From: a virus
Strand: one strand, 5' to 3'
DNA: 64,000 bases
IMG/VR virus record: IMGVR_UViG_3300045391_002681
Location: 34,412 to 98,411 of that record
Of this stretch, positions 35,198 through 45,310 are shown piece after piece. The first letter of the stretch is position 1, and every line of letters starts with the position of its first letter. The notes under the pieces were generated by a model, which had not been told where the DNA came from, made no database searches, and was given only the letters and a program-made list of their open reading frames with translations. The position numbers and the translations under genes are program-made.

Positions 35198-36273
35198 GCG
35201 GCTCTCACATCGCCGCCGTCATCGGAATAGCGGTTCCGAAGCGTCAGCATGCTCACCCAGTTCTCGTCTGTTATGACGCCGCCCTGGATGGTCAGGACGA
35301 CGACGCCCCACCACCAGCCCGTGGGGTTCAACGCGGCGTAGTCTTCGATTTCGCCCCACGGCAAAGCACAGCCGCATTGCAGGACGCTCACGGCGTCGGC
35401 CGTATCGATCTTCTTGGCGTCGTAGTGGCCGCGCTGGTGGGTGTGTCCATGAACCAGGGAGCGCGTCAGGAGGGCGCCGGCGCGGTTGCCGAGCGTTACG
35501 CCGCCCATCGGCTTACCCATGCCGTTGAAGGGCGCGTGCGTGAAGCCTACGCCGTCTATCGAGATGATTTCGCCGTAGGGCCGTTCCTGCCACCCGAACT
35601 GCAAAAGATGCTGTTCATAGGCCAGGGTATGGGTTCCCTGTGCGGCGGGGTTCTCGTCCTCGTAGGCCCAAAGACGGTGTTCATGATTGCCGCGCGTCTT
35701 CTTCTTTCGCGGCTTCCAGTCCGGATCGCGCCCGCGTTCGAAGGCCTGTAGGCTGGCCAGGTGGTTTTCCAAATCGTCCCGGATCGGCGGTTTGTGTCGG
35801 CCCTTGAGCGTGTCGTCCTTGGCGTGCTTCGACACGCTGTCGAACGTCGCCGCATCGCCGAGGCACATCACGTCAGGGGCGCGAATCTCGGAACCGAAGC
35901 GCGCGATCCAGGTCGTGGCCGCGAGCCGATGCGGATAGCGCGGGTCATTGTGCCGGTCGGGGATGACGAGAACCTGCCGGGCGTCCCCATGGGGAGTCGA
36001 TATGGCGGGGTCAGGCTGCGCGGCGGGGAGTAACCGCAGGCTGGGCGATGGCTGTTGGTAGCGCTGTGGGCGGTAAAGCGTCTCGTCCGGCTCAAGGCCG
36101 AATTTCTCTTTCGCCCGCATTAGGCGGTCATAGACCCCCTGCCGGGTTGGGAGGCCCATGACCCGGATGACGTAGCGAACCGCTTCCCCGCCGAGGAGAC
36201 CCAACGCGAAGGCCTCCTCCATCCGGGCGACCGTTTCGCGAATCTCGTCGTCAGGGATGCGGCGACCCATCAT
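35194..36273 (-). CDS. Calcineurin-like metallophosphoesterase with N-terminal HTH
   Basis: IPDRH, LGD, RGNHE, FTH and HGHTH motifs. Confidence 0.85.
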   Translation of the reverse strand: MMGRRIPDDEIRETVARMEEAFALGLLGGEAVRYVIRVMGLPTRQGVYDRLMRAKEKFGLEPDETLYRPQRYQQPSPSLRLLPAAQPDPAISTPHGDARQVLVIPDRHNDPRYPHRLAATTWIARFGSEIRAPDVMCLGDAATFDSVSKHAKDDTLKGRHKPPIRDDLENHLASLQAFERGRDPDWKPRKKKTRGNHEHRLWAYEDENPAAQGTHTLAYEQHLLQFGWQERPYGEIISIDGVGFTHAPFNGMGKPMGGVTLGNRAGALLTRSLVHGHTHQRGHYDAKKIDTADAVSVLQCGCALPWGEIEDYAALNPTGWWWGVVVLTIQGGVITDENWVSMLTLRNRYSDDGGDVRAA

Positions 36274-36549
36274 TCAGTCACCCGTTCCGCTGTTGCGCCG
36301 CGCCCGTCCGGTCATGAGCGATTTCACGTCGCCCCTGACCTCTTCCAAAAGACTGAGAGCCTGCGACCATGCCGCGATGGACGTGGCGTGCTCGTCCTGC
36401 TTGGTCTTCAGGTCGCGGATGTCCGACGCGGCGTTGTCGAGCTTCTGCGCCTGGCGTCCGCCATGCCAGGTGAGCGAGCCCAGCCAGCCGAGGCCGCCAA
36501 GAGCCGTGATGGCGAGGCCGGCGAGTGATGCGCCCTCAGCGATGGTCAT
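36274..36549 (-). CDS. Single-TM coiled-coil protein (holin/antiholin-like)
   Basis: TM ASLAGLAITALGGLGWLG followed by a coiled coil. Confidence 0.6.
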   Translation of the reverse strand: MTIAEGASLAGLAITALGGLGWLGSLTWHGGRQAQKLDNAASDIRDLKTKQDEHATSIAAWSQALSLLEEVRGDVKSLMTGRARRNSGTGD

Positions 36550-36734
36550 TGCCCGCTGCTCCTTGTGCGGCCGACGACGGCGGCGACACGCATCCGGCGC
36601 CGCGCGGTCGGCGGCGGCGCTGGCGCGCTCCCGTTGACGATGGCGTAAGCCACAAGCTTGGAGACGCTGACGGTCCCCTGCGGCGCGCCGACGACTGCGA
36701 ACGGGATCAGCTTGGAGACGTTCTCAGTGGCCAT
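36546..36734 (-). CDS. Small hypothetical virion protein
   Basis: Internal repeat NVSKLIPFAVV / SVSKLVAYAIV. Confidence 0.5.
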   Translation of the reverse strand: MATENVSKLIPFAVVGAPQGTVSVSKLVAYAIVNGSAPAPPPTARRRMRVAAVVGRTRSSGQ

Positions 36735-37705
36735 CAGGCGATACTCTTCATGCCGGATTCGACCGCAGCGGCGGTGACCGGGTCCCAGGCGGCGGCGGTG
36801 AAGGGATTCTGCGTCCAGGAGGCGCAGACGGCGGCAAAGCCGAAGTCGAGCCCGGTCGTGGGACCGAAGTAGTTGGTCCCGTTGGTGCGCAGGGCGATCT
36901 GGAGGTTCGTCGGCGAGCCGGACGTGAGCTGCGCACGGGCTCCGATGCAGACCGCCACCACGTTCCAGGTCCCGAGGGACGCGCCGGCCTTGTAGTAGGT
37001 CGAGACCTGGCCGGCCGCGCTCGACGTGACCGAATGGCTATCGTCCAACTGGATTTCGTTGATGTCGCTGACGACGCCCGTCCAGCCGGTGTTGATCGCG
37101 CTGGCGGTGTCTTCTGGGATAGTGACCAGCTTGTCCCCAACGTGGGGCAGGTTGTCGTGGATGATCTGCGACCAGTAATTGCCGTGATACCAAGCTTGGG
37201 TCACGCCGCTGAAGCCCGAGTGGTCGAGCCCCGTGACGTTGAAAATCTGGCTCCCCGCGAGATACCCCGTCAGGCTTCCCGACGCGCCCGCCACCAAGTG
37301 AAGGTCGAAGACGCTAAGCAGCGCCAGGCCGAGGTTTGGGAAGAACAAGGTTCCGACCGTGGTCAGCACGCCGCCTTGGAGCGTCTTGAAGGTCGTGATT
37401 CCCCCCGCATCCATGTCGCCTTGCAGGACAACCGTGGCGCCGTTGTAGAACTTGACGATTGTCGTCGCGGGGCTGGCCTGTTGATAAAAGAACGCCGCGT
37501 GCTGCCAGAAATTCGGCTCCGCTGGCCAGGTCGGCGAGATGAACCCCGCGCCCCCCGCAGGCGCACCTATCGCGCAGCGGGAGACCGTGGCGTCGAACGG
37601 CGTTCCAGTGACGCCCGAGGTCGTTGCCTCGATCACGCTGTTGTCGAGCGGGTCGAAGCTGGAAAGCTCGCCGCCGGCATGAGGAAGGGTCGTGGCCGTG
37701 CTCAT
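36734..37705 (-). CDS. Putative tail/receptor-binding structural protein
   Basis: Beta-rich G/T/S composition, late operon. Confidence 0.6.
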   Translation of the reverse strand: MSTATTLPHAGGELSSFDPLDNSVIEATTSGVTGTPFDATVSRCAIGAPAGGAGFISPTWPAEPNFWQHAAFFYQQASPATTIVKFYNGATVVLQGDMDAGGITTFKTLQGGVLTTVGTLFFPNLGLALLSVFDLHLVAGASGSLTGYLAGSQIFNVTGLDHSGFSGVTQAWYHGNYWSQIIHDNLPHVGDKLVTIPEDTASAINTGWTGVVSDINEIQLDDSHSVTSSAAGQVSTYYKAGASLGTWNVVAVCIGARAQLTSGSPTNLQIALRTNGTNYFGPTTGLDFGFAAVCASWTQNPFTAAAWDPVTAAAVESGMKSIA

Positions 37706-38379
37706 GCCGTCACCTGCGCGGTGATCGTCCAGGCGACGTTGAGGAACGCGCTATCAACCGAGGTCTGCGCCACGAACTCCAGGTAGTCGCCGGCCGCCAT
37801 GGTGAAGCTGAGCCCATCCGTGGTCGCGAAGGTCGCCACGCCCGTGGTCTGCGCGACCGTGATCGTTCCGACCTGGGAGCCGTTCTTGTTGACCGTGATG
37901 ACGAAGGGGCCGGCGGCGGGTTTGCCGAGGCAGACCAAGCCGGGCGATGCGAAGCCTTGGGCCGAGCCATCGAAGTTGGCGAAGAAGGTCAGGGATTGGC
38001 GCGCCTCGTAGAGGCCCATCACCTCGTTGGAGGCCGGCGCCACGCCGCCTAGGAACTCGAAGGACAACTGGAGGTAGGTCGCGAGCGTGTCGGCCGCGAC
38101 GTTGCCGATGAACACCTGAACGTCATTCTTGTCGTAGACGCCCACGGTGCAGGCGGTCGAGGTATAGGCCTGGGTCGGCGTTCCCGAGCGCATGGTATAG
38201 CCGCCCAGAACGTCGATGGGCTGGGATGCCGGGATGGTCAGCGCCGCGTCCCAATAGCAGGCGATGGGGTTGGTGATCGGGTCCTCGCCGAGCACGCCCA
38301 CGTAGAGCTTGCCCTCGTTGAGACCCGCGCCCGCCAGGTTCAGGATCGGGACGAAGGGTGAGACAACCTCGGTGCTCAT
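37702..38379 (-). CDS. Tailspike head-binding-domain protein
   Basis: GKLYVGVLGEDPITNPIACYWDAALTIPASQPI resembles the P22-like head-binding domain. Confidence 0.65.
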   Translation of the reverse strand: MSTEVVSPFVPILNLAGAGLNEGKLYVGVLGEDPITNPIACYWDAALTIPASQPIDVLGGYTMRSGTPTQAYTSTACTVGVYDKNDVQVFIGNVAADTLATYLQLSFEFLGGVAPASNEVMGLYEARQSLTFFANFDGSAQGFASPGLVCLGKPAAGPFVITVNKNGSQVGTITVAQTTGVATFATTDGLSFTMAAGDYLEFVAQTSVDSAFLNVAWTITAQVTA

Positions 38380-40847
38380 TGACCGGCGTCCTTTGTCGAT
38401 TGGGTGGCAGACGCGGCCAGGATCGGCGCGACAATGGCGGGATCACGGGTCGCCTGGATGAACCGCGAGACGAATTCGGCGGCATTCACCTTCGGGGCCT
38501 TGGCGTCCTCGTTGGCGGCTTGGGTCAGGTCGTATTCGCGGATGCCCTTGAGGGTCTTGGCGGCCTTGATGTCTTGCAGGCCGCCCTTAACGCCGTGCGC
38601 GACAACGCCCACGGCCGCCCGCGCTATCGGCCCGGCGACGGGGACGAAATGCGACAGGGCCTCAAGTTTCATGCCCTGCTTGCCGAGGAAGCTGATCAGC
38701 GTGTAGGCCGAGCCGGACGGATTGGTGGTCCCTTTGATCGGGACCGTGGCGTTCCGCATGATGCGGTTCAGCTTCATGAGCTGATTGAAGTCTTCTTCGC
38801 CGAGGATGATCTTGAGCTTGGCGGGGCCGAACGCCTGAATAGCGCTGTGCAGTTTGGCGCCGCTGAACACCGGGCCATCGGCGCTTGCGTTGAGCACTTG
38901 GGCCTTATCGAAAATCTTGCCGATGGCGTGCGCTTGGACAGCCGTCCAGGCCGCCGGGCTTTTGTCGGTCGGCTTGTTCAGTAGAACGGCCTTGATCCGC
39001 TTTGTGCTGGTAATGCTGTCGGGATCGTTGCCGAGGATTTTGTTCAGCACCTTGTCGGGCGAGACCTGAGGCGTCTTGGTTCCAGACTTCCAGTCCACCA
39101 GGGATTGGACGATGTCCTTGGCCTTGAAGGTCTGCGCATACTCTCGGTAGGCTTCACGTCCAGCCTTGGCGTTTCGGGCGACTTCGGCCGGCCCCTCGCT
39201 CGCCGCGCGGGCAAGCGCCTTCTGCACCGCGTCGTCAATGAGCGGCTTGATCTGCTGCGATAGGCTAGAGTCATCGGCCTTGAACTGGCTGTTGATCTTC
39301 TGGCGGAAGGCTTCCGCGTTGTTGATCGTCAGCGGCTCGACGGGGCCGATGAAGCGTGGGCCGGCAACCAGATTTCCAGCGTCATCCCTCAGCTTGACGG
39401 TCGTTTCGCCCTCAACCGTCGTCGGGTCTTCGCCGATCAGCCCGTACTTCGCGGCATATTGCTTGAGGGCCTTGCGGACCTGATCGGGCACGCCCTCGTC
39501 AATGAACAGCTCGCGCAGCTTGCCGAGGATGCCGCCGGTGTCGAGCTTCAGGAGATTTGACGCCTCCGGACCGATCTTCTCGGCGGCTTCGCGTGCGGCC
39601 TCGTAGAACGCCGTCGCGCCCTTCTTCCCGCTGTCCCGCAGGGTTTGCAGCGCCTCCTGGATTTGCGCGCCCCGATCCTCAGCCGTCGCCTCGGGATTGC
39701 CGAAAGCGTTCCTGAACCGATCAACGGCCTCGCCGATTTGCGCTTGCTGCTTCTGCTTGAAGATGCGGGCTTCGGCGCTTTCGGGTGTCCCGTGGGTGTT
39801 CAGGAGGGTATTTTCCGCCTCCTGGGCGGCGAAGTCCTGCATCGCCTCCCCTCGGGTCAGGTCGATACCTTCGGACTTGGCCTCCGCGAGCCGCTGGGCT
39901 GCGCTGGACGGCGCTTCTGGGATCGGCTGGGCCGTAGAGGCCTCCGCAGCGGGAATGGCCTCCTGCGCCGTCGTATTGGTCGGCGGCTCCTCCGCTGTCG
40001 GGCGCGTCAGGCCATCGCCAACCGCCATGGCCGGCGCCTCGACCGGCGGCAGGTCGGGATTGTCGTTCGCGGTATTGGCCTTGACCTCATCAAAGTGGTC
40101 GTAGGCCGCCTTCACCTGATCGGGATGAAGGCCGTTCTGCGCGGCGATTTCCTTGCCGTCTTCGGTCAGCTTGCCTTCGGGGGTCAGGACGACATCGCGG
40201 GGCGCTTCGGCGACCACGTCGGCGACCTTCGGGCCGAACTTCGCGGCGACGGACTGATGCGCCAGGCCATAGCCCGCAACACCGCCGACCAGAGCGGCGA
40301 CCGGCTTCAGGTTCTCCGGAACCATCTCGCTCGCCACGCCCGCGCCGAGGCCCCCAGCCGCCCCGGAGAGCATTTGCGCCACCGTGCCCTCTGGGTTGAG
40401 CACAGCGCCCGTTGCGCCCGCTCCAGCAGACCGCACGATGCGTTCGGCGGGTGTGGCGGCTACAACGGCGTTGGAGGCCTTCCGAGCGGCCATGTCGGCA
40501 GGGATCGAGGCGATAGCGCCGAGGCCGGGCGCGCTGGGCGCCGGCTTGTCGCCCATGACCTGGCCGACCATTCCAACGATCCGGTCAGTGATGGCGCGCG
40601 GGTTGATCAGGGCGTCGCGGATCAGGCCGCCGTTGAACTGGACGCCTTCGGACGCGCCCTGAGCGAGATTGGCGAGGAGACCGCTCCCCTGCTTGGCCCC
40701 GGCAGGCACGAACTCCGGCGGTGGTGCGGGTGCCTGGTCGTTGGCCGGGACGAAGCCGGGAGGCGGCGCGGGGCCGCTGTCCGATGCGGTCGGGCCGCTC
40801 GGGGTGGTCGTGGCCGCCGGGTTGAGGAGTTCGGCGACCGTGGGCAT
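38376..40847 (-). CDS. DNA ejection protein (gp16-like position)
   Basis: Large Ala-rich helical protein, third in the ejection cluster. Confidence 0.7.
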   Translation of the reverse strand: MPTVAELLNPAATTTPSGPTASDSGPAPPPGFVPANDQAPAPPPEFVPAGAKQGSGLLANLAQGASEGVQFNGGLIRDALINPRAITDRIVGMVGQVMGDKPAPSAPGLGAIASIPADMAARKASNAVVAATPAERIVRSAGAGATGAVLNPEGTVAQMLSGAAGGLGAGVASEMVPENLKPVAALVGGVAGYGLAHQSVAAKFGPKVADVVAEAPRDVVLTPEGKLTEDGKEIAAQNGLHPDQVKAAYDHFDEVKANTANDNPDLPPVEAPAMAVGDGLTRPTAEEPPTNTTAQEAIPAAEASTAQPIPEAPSSAAQRLAEAKSEGIDLTRGEAMQDFAAQEAENTLLNTHGTPESAEARIFKQKQQAQIGEAVDRFRNAFGNPEATAEDRGAQIQEALQTLRDSGKKGATAFYEAAREAAEKIGPEASNLLKLDTGGILGKLRELFIDEGVPDQVRKALKQYAAKYGLIGEDPTTVEGETTVKLRDDAGNLVAGPRFIGPVEPLTINNAEAFRQKINSQFKADDSSLSQQIKPLIDDAVQKALARAASEGPAEVARNAKAGREAYREYAQTFKAKDIVQSLVDWKSGTKTPQVSPDKVLNKILGNDPDSITSTKRIKAVLLNKPTDKSPAAWTAVQAHAIGKIFDKAQVLNASADGPVFSGAKLHSAIQAFGPAKLKIILGEEDFNQLMKLNRIMRNATVPIKGTTNPSGSAYTLISFLGKQGMKLEALSHFVPVAGPIARAAVGVVAHGVKGGLQDIKAAKTLKGIREYDLTQAANEDAKAPKVNAAEFVSRFIQATRDPAIVAPILAASATQSTKDAGQ

Positions 40848-42817
40848 TACAGCGTCTTCCAGCCGCCCGCGCCGTCCGAGACGATGCGCTGGCCGGTTTT
40901 CGGGTTGACATAGACCTGTGGGGCGCTGGCGGTCTGCTGCGATCCGCCGCCGCCGAGGCTGCTATCGCCGGCCAACCGCTGAAGTTGGGCGATGGCGTTG
41001 TGATTGATGTTCGGCAGGTTCAGGCCATCAGAGACCTTGCCCATGCCCGCGCTATAGCTGTCGTTCAGCGCGCCGATCTTCGACAGGACCGCGCCCGCCA
41101 TTTCCTTGATCGCCGTGTGGATCTGATCGGGCGAGGACGATGAACTGAGTTGCGAGCGGAACTCCTTCACGTCCGCCTCAGAGCCCCCGTTGTTGCGATA
41201 GAACTTGGTCAGCTCGGACGCGAGGGTGTTGGACAGAGTGTTGAAGGCCGTGACAGTCTTTTGCTTGTCGCCGATGTGAAGGTTGACCTGGGCCGGATTG
41301 GCGACCGCATTCACCAAGGGAAACGGGCCGTTGTTCAGCGTGTCGGCAAGCGCATCGAGCGCCGCCAGGTGGCCGCCCACGGTGTTGGCCTGGATGATGG
41401 ATTGACCCTGCGTACCCGAGGTGAACGCCTTGCGCGTGGCTTGGCGGGTCTGAAGGTTGATCGAACTCGCGGTCGGGTCGTACTGCTGCACTTGCTGCAT
41501 CAGAAACGCCCCCGGCCCTGACGCCGCAGAGCGACCGGTCGGGCCCGGCTGAAGTCCTTCGGCGATAGCCTTGACCAGCGCCGCCCTCGGTGGAGCAAGG
41601 GTACGCAAGAAGTCATCGCCGGACGCGTTGGGATCGCCCGGATTCGTGTCGATATTGGTCGTTCCGAACTGGCGCGCGAGCTGCGTCCCGAGTTGCCCCG
41701 CCGTCATCTTGGCGTACTGCGGGTTGGCCTTGATCACGTCGGCCGAGAGCACTTGGCTCAATGGGGCGTTGGCCTGCGCGCCGAGCACCGCTTGCGCGCC
41801 CTGCGCTCCGAGCCGGTGGGCCATGGCGATGGTCGCGCCGTTGACCGGGAGGCCCGCCTGTCCCAACGTCTGCGCGTTCTGCTGGGCATAGGCCGCCGTC
41901 ATTTCGGCCGCGAGCTGCGGATTATTCCGGAGATCGAGGATTTGCTGGGGCGTCTTGCCCTGCACCAACTCGGGGTGCGTCTGCGCGAGAAGTTGGCTCC
42001 AGGTCGCCTTGAGGAATTGGCCGTCGCCTTGGGCGGTGGAATTGGGGTTCTTCGCGTCGGGCGTCGCTCCCTTTTCCGACGCGACGATCTGGCCGACGAC
42101 GTTGTCGAGCGCGCCGTTGTTGGACGTGAGCGCGGCGGCGGGAGGCGGCGGGGCCTTCTTGTTGTAGTAGGCGCCCGTCACCGGATTGACTTCGGTATCG
42201 GTTCCCGCCGCGCTCGCCTGAGCGGTCTTGAGGGCGATGTCGGCTTGCTTCTCTTGGACATCGAGCGGGAACGACGCCTGCGCCCTGCCCTCTTGGCCCA
42301 TCGTGGAATAGGCGGACGCCATCTTGTCCGCGCCGCCGATGGTGGAGAGCATCATCCCAGCCATGACTTGGGCTTGGCGGGGCTGGGTCTGCGCCAGGTT
42401 CTTCAGCGACTCGTAAGCCGTGGTGTCCTGGCCGGCGCGATGGGCCGCATCGATGTGGTTTTGCAGGACCGCGACCGCATCATCAGGCCGGTTCGCGTCA
42501 AGCAGGTTGTGGAACGCCGTGATGTCCTGAAGGCTCTGGCGCTGGGTCTGTTCGTCAAGGCTGTCGTAGGCCCCCTTGATCGCCTGCGACGCCTGGGGGT
42601 TGACCAGCATCAGGTTGCGGTAGGTCTGCGGCGACGGGTTGCTCAGGGCGTCATGCAGCGCGGCCTGCGAAAGGGCCTGCTGCTGCAATTGCATGTGGAT
42701 CTGATTGGCCGCCAACTGGCGTTGAGCGCTCAGCCCTTGCTCTTGTTGCAGGGCGTCGAGCGGGGCGGTGGGCGACGCGGGCGGCGCGAGCGCGGCGGAA
42801 TAGTTGATCGGGTCCAT
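40847..42817 (-). CDS. DNA ejection protein with lytic-transglycosylase-like domain
   Basis: MDPINY start; IVASEKG...AKNPNSTAQGDGQFLKATW...MAHRLGAQGA. Confidence 0.75.
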   Translation of the reverse strand: MDPINYSAALAPPASPTAPLDALQQEQGLSAQRQLAANQIHMQLQQQALSQAALHDALSNPSPQTYRNLMLVNPQASQAIKGAYDSLDEQTQRQSLQDITAFHNLLDANRPDDAVAVLQNHIDAAHRAGQDTTAYESLKNLAQTQPRQAQVMAGMMLSTIGGADKMASAYSTMGQEGRAQASFPLDVQEKQADIALKTAQASAAGTDTEVNPVTGAYYNKKAPPPPAAALTSNNGALDNVVGQIVASEKGATPDAKNPNSTAQGDGQFLKATWSQLLAQTHPELVQGKTPQQILDLRNNPQLAAEMTAAYAQQNAQTLGQAGLPVNGATIAMAHRLGAQGAQAVLGAQANAPLSQVLSADVIKANPQYAKMTAGQLGTQLARQFGTTNIDTNPGDPNASGDDFLRTLAPPRAALVKAIAEGLQPGPTGRSAASGPGAFLMQQVQQYDPTASSINLQTRQATRKAFTSGTQGQSIIQANTVGGHLAALDALADTLNNGPFPLVNAVANPAQVNLHIGDKQKTVTAFNTLSNTLASELTKFYRNNGGSEADVKEFRSQLSSSSSPDQIHTAIKEMAGAVLSKIGALNDSYSAGMGKVSDGLNLPNINHNAIAQLQRLAGDSSLGGGGSQQTASAPQVYVNPKTGQRIVSDGAGGWKTL

Positions 42818-43734
42818 CAGAACAGCCCGTCAAAGGCTTGCTGGACGCCGGCCGGGGCGTTGGCGAGCGTCCCGAGGCCGCTGATGCCGCCCGAATTGCC
42901 GAGGCCGAGCGAGCTCAGGACCGAGGAATTGCCGAGCACGGATGGCAGGCCCGCGATGCTGCTGGCGAGGCTGTTGTTGGCGTTGGCCGAGCCGAGGATT
43001 CCCCCCGCCTGCGCCGCCGCCGCGCCAGTCAGGCCATTGCCCACGCCAGCCGCAGCGTTCTCGCCGAGTCCGGACAGACTGCCCAACTGGTTGAACATCT
43101 GCTGCTGCGTCTGCGCCAGGGTGTTGACGCCGAGGTTGTAGAGCGAGGCTTGCGTATTGCCGCCGCGAAGGCCTCCGGTCGCCGCGCCGTTGGCCAGGAC
43201 CGCTTGTTCCCCGTTGTGATAGAGCGCCTGATAGAGTGGGCTGTTCTTCAGCGCGTCGATGGCCGAGGAACCGCCTGGACCGCCCGTCGAAGCGCCGTTG
43301 GCGCCGGCTGGGCCGAAGGGCGTATAGGCCCGGTTCGGGTCGCCGCTATTGACCTCATTCTGGCCGAACGTGTTCCAGTGCCACTGGCCGAATTGGTCCA
43401 TCGTGGCGCCGTTGCCGTTGCCGGCGTTGTAGGCGGCCAGGATGTCCGGGTTGTTCTGGACATAGGCCGCATAGTTCGGGGTCGCGGCAGGATTGGAGCC
43501 GCCGGTCCCCGAGCCGCCAAGGCCGAGAAGCGCAAGTTGCTGTTGCAGCGCCGCCTGACCAGCTCCGAGGTACGGCTGATAGTTGGCCGCCGACTGCTGA
43601 TAGGCCTGTTGCTGGGCCTTGGACGCGCTGCCAACGGCGTTGGCGTTGTTCACCGCGCCGTAGATGGACGCGCCCGCGCCAGCAATGCCGGCGATGGCGG
43701 GGAGAGCGGCGATTATTGGCAAGCGCGTCTCCAT
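42817..43734 (-). CDS. DNA transfer/ejection protein (gp7-like)
   Basis: QPYLGAGQAAL...SPLYQAL...ATGGLRGGNTQASL. Confidence 0.8.
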   Translation of the reverse strand: METRLPIIAALPAIAGIAGAGASIYGAVNNANAVGSASKAQQQAYQQSAANYQPYLGAGQAALQQQLALLGLGGSGTGGSNPAATPNYAAYVQNNPDILAAYNAGNGNGATMDQFGQWHWNTFGQNEVNSGDPNRAYTPFGPAGANGASTGGPGGSSAIDALKNSPLYQALYHNGEQAVLANGAATGGLRGGNTQASLYNLGVNTLAQTQQQMFNQLGSLSGLGENAAAGVGNGLTGAAAAQAGGILGSANANNSLASSIAGLPSVLGNSSVLSSLGLGNSGGISGLGTLANAPAGVQQAFDGLF

Positions 43735-44180
43735 GCGGGAGAGGCGAACCAAGCCTTTGACGTGAGCCAGCAAGGCGTCACGTCGCCGATGTTGGTTCGG
43801 ATGATGGCGGGGCCGCGCTCGAACCCGAACGACCTCGGAACGCGCGATTGCAGGTGTTCCGTCTCGTAGGTGAAGATCAGCGCGGCGTGACGAACGCCGA
43901 ACATCTCCGCGAAGGCCGCGACCGCCGCGTCATGAGCCTCCCGACGCCACCCCTCGGGGGTGAACATCGTGTGCAGCTCGTAGACGGTCGCGAACGGGTC
44001 GCGTTGGGTGAAGATGAAGCCGCCGTGCGCGCTGGCCAGAGGCACAACCGCGTCCTGTTCGACAATGGCGCCCATGTCGATGCTGTGGCCGTGGGTGACG
44101 TGGCGCACCTGGGGATGATCGGCGACCGCCTGCCAGAAGACAGGATCGCGTTCTTCCCTGATCGTGACAGCCGCCCGCAT
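43713..44180 (-). CDS. GNAT-like protein (P22 gp14 position)
   Basis: YELHTMFTPEGW...RSFGFERG; directly before the ejection genes. Confidence 0.6.
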   Translation of the reverse strand: MRAAVTIREERDPVFWQAVADHPQVRHVTHGHSIDMGAIVEQDAVVPLASAHGGFIFTQRDPFATVYELHTMFTPEGWRREAHDAAVAAFAEMFGVRHAALIFTYETEHLQSRVPRSFGFERGPAIIRTNIGDVTPCWLTSKAWFASPAWRRACQ

Positions 44181-44193
44181 AGCCCCTCGTTGA

Positions 44194-44214
44194 GCGGCGA
44201 ATACGTCGGGTCAA
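44194..44214 (-). promoter_or_regulatory. Late-gene motif, copy 1 (TTGACCCGACGTATTCGCCGC)
   Basis: Repeated at 51883-51903 and 54338-54358. Confidence 0.65.
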
Positions 44215-44259
44215 ATGGTGGGGATGCAGTAACGAGACGGGCGCGATACGCTCGGCCTC

Positions 44260-44391
44260 ATGATCGGGCCGATCCTGACTTTACTGGGTCACGTCATCGT
44301 CGCGGCGATAGCTGTCGCGGGAGCATTCCTGCCCGGCCTTGGCGTGGTGCTGATCAGGCGCGGCGCAAGAGAGTCCGACCGGCGGCAGTGA
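44260..44391 (+). CDS. Small membrane protein (inverted moron)
   Basis: MIGPILTLLGHVIVAAIAVAGAFLPGLGVVLIRRG... Confidence 0.5.
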   Translation: MIGPILTLLGHVIVAAIAVAGAFLPGLGVVLIRRGARESDRRQ

Positions 44392-44458
44392 CGGGCGCTT
44401 AACTATCGCTGGTTGCAGAGCGTGTTACGGTGGCGCTGAAGCGGCGAGCGAGGGGCGA

Positions 44459-45292
44459 ATGGATATCGTTACTCAAATCTTACATGGAGCGGCCGCTGCC
44501 GTCGGACTCTATGCCCTGTCCTTCATGGCCCTTACGTGCTTCGAATACGCCTTTCCGCACCCGAAGCGCCCACAACCCTCATTGGCGTCCAGGCTCCGCG
44601 GCTTCCGCTGGTGGCTGATCTACAGCGTCGTCGTCTCTGCCGTCGGTGTGGCGACGGGTGCGCTATGGGCTCACCTGCACGTTCACCCGCTGCTGAGCAG
44701 CTTCACGCCGCCCGGACTGCCGCGATGGCTTGCGACAATTGTTGCCTTCATCGCGGCCATCTTCGCGGGCGATTTCTTCTACTATTGGTGTCACCGTTTC
44801 CAGCACCGGTTCCTTTGGCGCTGGCACGCCACCCACCACGCCGTGCGAGAACTGAGCGGGGCGATGGCCTATCACCATCCGACCGAGCAATTGATGCGGT
44901 TGGCGCTCTACATTATCCCGGTCGCCCTGGTGCTGCCTTACGACGGCCTCGCCCTCCCCATCGTCGGCGGGGTCCTGGCCCTGCAAGGCCACTACCTACA
45001 TTCCCCGATGCGGCTCAACTTCGGCCAGCTCTGGGTGGTCTTCCAGGACAACCGCTTTCATCGCATCCATCACTCGATCCATCCGAAGCACTACGACAAG
45101 AACTTCGGGGTGATCGTGCCGCTTTGGGATGTGCTGTTCGGGACGGCCTATTGGCCCAGGCCCGATGAGTGGCCAGAGACGGGCGTGGAAGGCATGCCCC
45201 AGCCCGAGGCGCTGGACGAATACCTGTTGGGACCGATCAGATACAATCCGGTCGCGCGGCGCGAAACCGGGCCAGCCCCCGCGCGCCGCTAG
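44459..45292 (+). CDS. Sterol desaturase / fatty acid hydroxylase family protein (moron)
   Basis: His boxes HRFQH, HATHH and HRIHH; KNFG...WDVLFGT; multiple TM segments. Confidence 0.92.
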   Translation: MDIVTQILHGAAAAVGLYALSFMALTCFEYAFPHPKRPQPSLASRLRGFRWWLIYSVVVSAVGVATGALWAHLHVHPLLSSFTPPGLPRWLATIVAFIAAIFAGDFFYYWCHRFQHRFLWRWHATHHAVRELSGAMAYHHPTEQLMRLALYIIPVALVLPYDGLALPIVGGVLALQGHYLHSPMRLNFGQLWVVFQDNRFHRIHHSIHPKHYDKNFGVIVPLWDVLFGTAYWPRPDEWPETGVEGMPQPEALDEYLLGPIRYNPVARRETGPAPARR

Positions 45293-45310
45293 GCCGATCA
45301 GGTTAGCGCA

